Shown here: piece after piece, positions 58,500-64,000 of the stretch
Position numbering within the stretch: position 1 is the stretch's first letter
Layout of the letters: every line of letters starts with the position of its first letter
Assembly: GCA_949287245.1 (NCBI GenBank)
Contig: CASEFL010000002.1
Coordinates: forward strand, 14,350 to 78,349
From: an uncultured Bacillota bacterium
Lineage (GTDB): Bacteria; Bacillota_I; Bacilli_A; RFN20; CAG-826
Direction of reading: 5' to 3'
Length of the DNA stretch: 64,000 nucleotides
Program-made: the position numbers and the translations under genes
The notes under the pieces: model-generated
What the model was told of the DNA's origin: nothing
Database searches by the model: none
Seen by the model: only the letters and a program-made list of their open reading frames with translations

Positions 58500-59171
58500 A
58501 TGAAGACGGAAACAAAAAAGAGAATACAAATTAGTGTGACGATTGTTTTAAATTTCGTTACGATTGGCCTAGTTCTTGCAGGGGTTTTAGGATTTTTTAT
58601 CCCCCTTGGGGATGATGGATTTATGGCGGTTACGGGGGTGACTTGTTTTCGCTATTTTACGGTGGATTCTAATGTATTTTTAGCCATTACCTCCGCAATA
58701 AGCCTTCCTTTTTTAGGATATTGCCTTTTTAAACCGGATAAAAAGATGCCTGAATGGGTTTCGATTTTATTTTTTCTAGGCAATGCTTCTACGATGGTAA
58801 CCTTTATGACGGTGCTCCTTTTCTTAGGGCCGACCCAAGGGTTTTCCTTAATGTATGCAGGGACTTCGCTTTACCTTCACGCTTTAGCGCCTATTTTTGG
58901 TTTATTGAGCTATTTCATATCACCACGCAATATGCGCTTTTCTTTTGCCTGGATGGGTGTTTTGCCTGTCATACTTTATGGGGCTATTTATCTCACCATG
59001 GTGGTTTTTATCACCGAGTTCCATGGGGGATGGAATGATTTTTATGGTTTTAATGTCGGAGGCATGTGGCCCATTTCTTTGTTAATCATGCTTCTTGCCA
59101 CGCTTCTTCTTTCTTATATCCTCTTCTTCTTAAGAAAAATTACTTCTCTACTTCCTTTTGTAGAGGAATAA
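58500..59171 (+). CDS. Integral membrane protein, Pr6Pr/FAR-17a-AIG1-like
   Basis: FRYFTVDSN, LYLHALAP, W.DFYGF; about 6 TMs. Confidence 0.75.
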   Translation: MKTETKKRIQISVTIVLNFVTIGLVLAGVLGFFIPLGDDGFMAVTGVTCFRYFTVDSNVFLAITSAISLPFLGYCLFKPDKKMPEWVSILFFLGNASTMVTFMTVLLFLGPTQGFSLMYAGTSLYLHALAPIFGLLSYFISPRNMRFSFAWMGVLPVILYGAIYLTMVVFITEFHGGWNDFYGFNVGGMWPISLLIMLLATLLLSYILFFLRKITSLLPFVEE

Positions 59172-59209
59172 AGAAGAATGCTCTAAAATTTGCCTTCTAG
59201 GGAGAAATT

Positions 59210-60694
59210 ATGGAAGAAAAGTTAACTGATCAAGAAGAAGCTAGACGCGCAAAACTAGCAAAATATGAAGAAATGGGAGTAGACCCTTTTGGAACGCGTT
59301 TTGATAAAAAAGACGATATTGCCTCCTTGCGAAAACTTTGGGGTGAAAAAAGCGCAGAAGAATTAGCAGAAGCAAAAGTATTTGTCTCTGTTGCAGGGCG
59401 TCTTCTTGCCATTCGCCGGATGGGAAAAGCTTCTTTTGTTCGTTTAAAAGATCAAAACGATTCCATTCAAGGTTGGGTTGCAAAAGATGTTCTTGGAGAA
59501 GAAACTTACAACCTTTTTAAACTTGCCGATTTAGGAGATATTGTTGGGCTTGAAGGGACGTTAATGAAGACAAGAACAGGTGAGTTAACTATTCATGTTG
59601 AAAAATATACGCACATTACAAAGTGTCTTCATCCCTTACCTGAGAAATTTCATGGTTTGACGGACATTGAAGAACGGTCCCGTCGTCGTTTCCTTGATTT
59701 GATTGTGAATGATTCTTCAAGAAAAGTTGCCCTTCTTCGTTCACAAATTGTGAAAGGAATTCGTAATTACTGCGATTCCTTAGGATTTTTAGAAGTGGAA
59801 ACTTCAATTCTCTCGCCTATTCTTGGAGGAGCCGCTGCTAAACCCTTTATCACTCATCATAACTCCTTAGATAAAGACTTTTATTTGCGAATTGCCACCG
59901 AATTAAATTTAAAGAAATGCTTGGTTGGTGGCATTGAGCGAGTTTATGAGATTGGCAGAATTTTCCGTAACGAAGGAATTGACGCAAAACACAACCCAGA
60001 ATTTACAACAATTGAGTTATATCAATCCTATGCGGATTTAAGTGACATGAAGAAATGGTTAGAAGGACTAATCCATTATTTATGCGCGGAAGTGCTTCAT
60101 CAAAATGTCTTCCATTGGAATAATGTGGAAATTGATTTTTCTAAACCTTTCCCTTCAAAAGATATGGCGGATCTTATTTTCGAAAAAACAGGTATTGATT
60201 TCCGAAACGAGATTTCCTTTGAAGAAGCGGTAGCATTAGCAAAAAAACATAACGTTCCTCTTGAGAAAAGTTGGAATTCAACTGGCTATATTATGCAAGC
60301 CTTCTTTGATACCTTTGTGGAACCTACTTTAGTTGGTCCAATGTTCGTATGTACTTATCCTATTGAAGTTTCTCCTTTAACAAAGAAGACAGATGATCCT
60401 CGTTTTGTGGATCGGTTTGAATTCTTCTGTGGGGGGTGCGAGTTTGCGAACGCGTATAGTGAAATTAACAATCCCTTTGATCAAAAAGAGCGGTTTATCG
60501 AACAATTAAAAGCTCGGGAAAGAGGTGACGAAGAGGCTAACGACATGGATTTAAATTTCTTAGAAGCCTTAGAATATGGTATGCCACCTTCTGGAGGAAT
60601 TGGACTTGGTGTTGATCGTCTTGTGATGCTATTAACAGAACAAGCAAATATCCGGGAAGTTCTTCTTTTCCCGACCATGAAAGATGAAAAATAA
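59210..60694 (+). CDS. lysS: Lysine--tRNA ligase (class II)
   Basis: GKASF, LPEKFHGL, YLRIATEL, FRNEG..HNPEFT, YGMPP.GG.G.G.DRL. Confidence 0.98.
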   Translation: MEEKLTDQEEARRAKLAKYEEMGVDPFGTRFDKKDDIASLRKLWGEKSAEELAEAKVFVSVAGRLLAIRRMGKASFVRLKDQNDSIQGWVAKDVLGEETYNLFKLADLGDIVGLEGTLMKTRTGELTIHVEKYTHITKCLHPLPEKFHGLTDIEERSRRRFLDLIVNDSSRKVALLRSQIVKGIRNYCDSLGFLEVETSILSPILGGAAAKPFITHHNSLDKDFYLRIATELNLKKCLVGGIERVYEIGRIFRNEGIDAKHNPEFTTIELYQSYADLSDMKKWLEGLIHYLCAEVLHQNVFHWNNVEIDFSKPFPSKDMADLIFEKTGIDFRNEISFEEAVALAKKHNVPLEKSWNSTGYIMQAFFDTFVEPTLVGPMFVCTYPIEVSPLTKKTDDPRFVDRFEFFCGGCEFANAYSEINNPFDQKERFIEQLKARERGDEEANDMDLNFLEALEYGMPPSGGIGLGVDRLVMLLTEQANIREVLLFPTMKDEK

Positions 60695-60700
60695 ATAAAG

Positions 60701-60728
60701 ACTGATCCAATAGGTGGATCAGTTTTTA
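60701..60728 (+). terminator. Terminator after lysS
   Basis: ACTGATCCA-N5-TGGATCAGT-TTTT. Confidence 0.82.
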
Positions 60729-60842
60729 TATAAAAAAGGGCAAATTTACCATTAATCCCCCTATAAAATGAAAGAAGAGTTCCTGACGAGAAACTCTTTA
60801 CGGAAAATGTTTTATCTCTTCATTAAGAAGTGTATACTTCTT

Positions 60843-60922
60843 GCGCCTTAATTTCGATTAAGGCCAGAGCTCTTATGGCCGTGCCTGACACGGTCCTAAT
60901 GTCCAAATCTAGGAGGTGCTGT
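60843..60922 (+). promoter_or_regulatory. Structured rpsF 5' leader (probable S6:S18 autoregulatory leader)
   Basis: Hairpins GCCTTAAT-TTCG-ATTAAGGC and GGCCGTG-CCTGA-CACGGTC, with CCG, ahead of the AGGAGG SD; position matches known S6:S18 leaders. Confidence 0.55.
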
Positions 60923-61207
60923 ATGAAGAAGTACGAGATCATGTACATCCTTCGTGCCAATTTAGAAGATAGTGCACGTAAGGAAGAGATCGAAAAACTT
61001 GCAAAAATCATCGAAAGCTGCAACGCCAAGATTATTGAAAGCAAGGAAATCGGCATCAAGGATTTTGCCTACGACATTCATGGAGAAAAGAAAGGATACT
61101 ACGTTGATGTTACTCTCAACGCTGAACCTGGTTCTCTTAATGAATTTGTTCGTTTAGCAAAACTTGATAAAAATGTTATCCGTCATCTCATCGTCGTTCT
61201 TGATTAA
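60923..61207 (+). CDS. rpsF: 30S ribosomal protein S6
   Basis: MKKYEIMYILR..., AYDI..EKKGYY, VIRHL; AGGAGG SD. Confidence 0.96.
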   Translation: MKKYEIMYILRANLEDSARKEEIEKLAKIIESCNAKIIESKEIGIKDFAYDIHGEKKGYYVDVTLNAEPGSLNEFVRLAKLDKNVIRHLIVVLD

Positions 61208-61235
61208 CTATGATTAGACGGAGGTTCAAAAAATT

Positions 61236-61673
61236 ATGTTAAATCGCATTGTTCTTGTTGGGCGCTTAACTCGTGACCCAGAATTACGGAGTACCACCAA
61301 TGGTACACCAGTTGTTTCTTTTACTTTGGCTAGTGATGATACATATCGGAAAGGGCCAAATGGGGAAAAACAAACTATTTTCATGAATTGTTCCATGTTT
61401 GGTAATCGTGCAGAAACGGTTCAACGTTATACACACAAAGGTTCTTTAGTGGCGGTAGAAGGTCGTTTAACTCAAAGAAAATATACCAACAAACAAAACG
61501 TTCAAATTACTCTTACCGAGATTAATTGCGATAACGTGGAATTTTTGGACCCAAAAGGATCACATCCCGCTGAAGGATATTCTCCTGAGGTTCAACCTTC
61601 AGAAGATATGTCTCAGACTGAGGGAGGTTCTTTAGGAGCGATTGATGTTTCTGATGATGACCTTCCCTTCTAA
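61236..61673 (+). CDS. ssb: Single-stranded DNA-binding protein
   Basis: MLNRIVLVGRLTRDPELR, KGSLVAVEGRL, C-terminal DDDLPF. Confidence 0.98.
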   Translation: MLNRIVLVGRLTRDPELRSTTNGTPVVSFTLASDDTYRKGPNGEKQTIFMNCSMFGNRAETVQRYTHKGSLVAVEGRLTQRKYTNKQNVQITLTEINCDNVEFLDPKGSHPAEGYSPEVQPSEDMSQTEGGSLGAIDVSDDDLPF

Positions 61674-61689
61674 ATAAGGAGTTATAACA

Positions 61690-61929
61690 ATGCCGTATAA
61701 AAAGATTAGACCTCGCAAGAAGGTTTGCTATTTCAAAAAGAATCATATTGAACATATTGATTTTAAAGATGTCGAACTTCTTTCTCGTTTCATTAATCCT
61801 GACGGAAAGATTGCTGCTCGTATTCAAACGGGCACTTCGGCTAAATATCAACGCCAACTTGCCAAGGCCATTAAGAATGCGCGTTACATGGCGCTTCTTC
61901 CTTATCCTGGCCAACCCTCTCGTAATTAA
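61690..61929 (+). CDS. rpsR: 30S ribosomal protein S18
   Basis: [30 protein letters not shown]. Confidence 0.97.
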   Translation: MPYKKIRPRKKVCYFKKNHIEHIDFKDVELLSRFINPDGKIAARIQTGTSAKYQRQLAKAIKNARYMALLPYPGQPSRN

Positions 61930-61956
61930 TTAAAGAGAAGTTAGGAAAATGATAAG

Positions 61957-61980
61957 ACCCTCATTGTTTGAGGGTTTTTA
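61957..61980 (+). terminator. Terminator after rpsR
   Basis: ACCCTCA-N5-TGAGGGT-TTTT. Confidence 0.8.
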
Positions 61981-62067
61981 TTTATAGAAAAAGAGTTTAA
62001 ATAAAAGTAAAAATATTCCACTTAAAAAATATTATGTGTAAAAGATTTACATATAGGAGAAGAAAAA

Positions 62068-63200
62068 ATGCTTAAAAAAGTAAAATTTAAAAATTTTCCT
62101 TCCTTTACTCGCGGGACTTTAATTGATTTGAACGCTTCAAAAATTGAGTATTTAGGAGAAACGAACTGTATTGACGGCATCTTAAAAGGAGTGTCTTTTT
62201 TGGAGCGAATGCCTCTGGAAAAACAAACGCTCTTTGTGCAATTTCCGTATTACTTGACCTTCTTTTTAAAGATTTTGTTTTAAGCAAGGAAAATTTCACT
62301 CTTTTTAATAACGAGAAAATTATGCCCTTTACCTATCTTTTTAAGATTGATAATCAAATACTAAAATACCGCATTGAATTTACTCGCGAAGGAAATGTTG
62401 CCTATGAGACGCTAGATTGGGATGGGAAGGAGATATTTTCTCACACTTTAACCAATGCTCGATATTTCCTAGAGGAAGATCGTCTTTATCAAGGACTTGA
62501 TCCGCGCATCCCCTTTTTGCGTTCTTTATTTTTTAATGATAAATTTGCAGGAATCGATGTTTTTTCGCATTGGAAAAGCTATTTAGAAAATTCGGTTTAT
62601 ATTAATCCGTCTCGTGATCTTTTTAAGGTTATTGGATTTAGGAACAAAAATGCAGCAAAAAACTCTCTTGAAACATATTTAGAAGAATTTGGTACAGAAG
62701 AAATTAATTCTTTTTTACAAGAAACAAAAATTGGGTTCGAGATTGAATATCATAAAGAAAGCAATTTCATGCCAAATCTTATTCCTATTTCTTCTAGGCT
62801 TTTTACGAAGAGAGGCCAATTGCCAAACATTCCTTTTATTATGGAATCCTATGGCAGTCAACTTCTACTTACAATGTTACCAGCATATCTTTCGGTAATT
62901 AAAAATGGCGGAATGTTAATAATCGATGAATTTTCGAGTGGATTTCATAACGAGTTAGAAGAATTGCTGGTGCGATATTTTTATCAACATTCTCATCGTA
63001 GCCAGTTGTTCTTTGTCTCTCATTCCACAAACCTTTTATCAACCAGCATCTCTAGGCCAGATCAAGTCTATAGTGTTGATTTTGATGGATGTGGATCTTA
63101 CCTTACAAAATTTACTTCTCATCCTATGCGAGAATCCCAAAATATGGAGAAACTTTATTTAGCAGGAGCATTTGGTGGTCTTCCCCAATATGGTAATTAA
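62068..63200 (+). pseudogene. AAA_21/ABC-type ATPase (RloA/AbiLi-like), frameshifted
   Basis: N-terminus MLKKVKFKNF.SF; Walker A FGANASGKT appears in another frame after a T6 run (62196-62201), and adding one T joins it to the 292-aa ORF with ESYGS, LIIDEFSSGFH, FVSHS, YLAGAFGGLP. Confidence 0.85.
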
Positions 63201-63971
63201 ACTAAATGAAAATCTTCGCTTAGGTAATGTTATTTCCATTGTGGAAGGCGATAAAACGGAAAGGATTATTCTTCAATCGGTTTTTTGTGATTTATTAAGC
63301 TATAACATAACTTTTTACGATAAACACAACGATGAGGTTTTAGTATTTAAAAAATATGATGATAAGTATTCCCATATTTATGTTGTGCCATATAAAAATT
63401 CTGCAATTGTTTCTTTGGAAAAAAAGAAGATTATCTAGATGAAGTTTATAAAAAGTTTAAAACCTATGGGCTTAATGCAAAGCATGCAAGTCGTTACTTT
63501 ATTTTTGATCGAGAGAGAAAGTCAAATCGTTCAGCAGTAATTAAGCGATTATTTAAAAAATTATATAGTTCTACGGACAGTGAAGAAGAACTTAATGGAC
63601 TTCTTCTTCTTTCTTATCCTTCCATTGAAGCGTTCATTCTTCATGCTTACGATGATAGAACCAAGTTTTCTGATGAGAAAAGTATTAAACAACATGTCGA
63701 TGATAGCCTGTATTCCGTTTCTTTAACCAATAAAGAACAAATAAGAAAGACGTTTTTAGCAATGGCATATGCTTTTTCCTCTTTAATAGAGAGGGAGTTT
63801 TCATCAAAGGATTTAGATGATGCAGCGAATATGAATACGGAACTTTTCCAAAAAGAAGAGGAGCATATGTAAAAAGATCAACAACATCTTTATTTCACTC
63901 TTTCTTGTCTTGCTATGTCATTTTTAGACTTGGGAATTTTGTCTATTGTGGACAAAAATTTTGAAGGCTAG
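63190..63971 (+). pseudogene. TOPRIM-domain (RloB/AbiLii-like) partner, frameshift plus internal stop
   Basis: IVEGDKTE in the first frame; after an A7 run (63419-63425) another frame gives YFIFDRER and LLLSYPSIEAF; in-frame TAA at 63870 is followed by 32 more codons (..SFLDLGIL..) to TAG 63971. Confidence 0.75.
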
Positions 63972-64000
63972 TTTAATGAAAAATTATAACATTTTGTTTG

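Noticed and set aside
60776-60798. CTGACGA-GAAAC resembling a hammerhead ribozyme core
   Set aside because: No stem II between CUGANGA and GAAA, and no convincing stems I/III
60768-60851. 27-codon ORF MKEEFLTRNSL... upstream of rpsF
   Set aside because: No SD, overlaps the probable rpsF promoter, no recognisable leader-peptide composition
502-62898. Numerous 60-140-aa ORFs antisense or out of frame within housekeeping genes (e.g. 502-795, 21211-21561, 34419-34823, 54270-54692, 61522-61914)
   Set aside because: Shadow ORFs of well-supported genes, with no SD or motifs
63976-64000. Possible next gene start ATG AAA AAT TAT...
   Set aside because: Only 8 codons before the window end; cannot be supported
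1-64000. tRNA, rRNA, transposase/integrase genes and T-box leaders before serS/lysS
   Set aside because: None recognised; the intergenic gaps before serS (overlap) and lysS (38 nt) are too short for T-boxes

Overview
AT-rich bacterial chromosomal window spanning the replication origin of a reduced-genome Bacilli/Firmicutes organism. It uses genetic code 11, since TGA is a stop in dnaA and other genes; an RF39/RFN20-like lineage is a guess from gene content only. The left arm is mostly on the minus strand: dnaB(partial)-rplI-gdpP, an MBL hydrolase, tldD/pmbA, a five-gene coupled operon with psuG, a MacB-like ABC transporter, tadA, SRP RNA, serS, a GT4 glycosyltransferase, and gyrA-gyrB-recF-yaaA-dnaN-dnaA. 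A bipartite oriC of DnaA boxes and DnaA-trios flanks dnaA. The right arm is mostly on the plus strand: rpmH-rnpA-yidC-jag, mnmE, tatD-rnmV-rsmA-ispE-glmU, a RelB-like/Zn-macrodomain pair, ppdK, an FGGY kinase, DUF368, a flavodoxin, pth-mfd-hslR-tilS-ftsH-dusB, MarR plus a heterodimeric ABC exporter, lysS and rpsF-ssb-rpsR. It ends with a disrupted AAA_21 ATPase/TOPRIM (RloAB/AbiL-like) pair. Most notable observations: (i) a toxin-less RelB/DinJ-like regulator coupled to an atypical zinc-macrodomain, behind a promoter carrying two operator-like palindromes; (ii) the decayed defence-like pair after rpsR; (iii) recurring leaderless-mRNA promoter architecture; (iv) two parS sites inside tatD/rnmV; (v) an apparent origin-centred rearrangement relative to the B. 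subtilis gene order. All calls come from motif recognition by eye; no searches were run.
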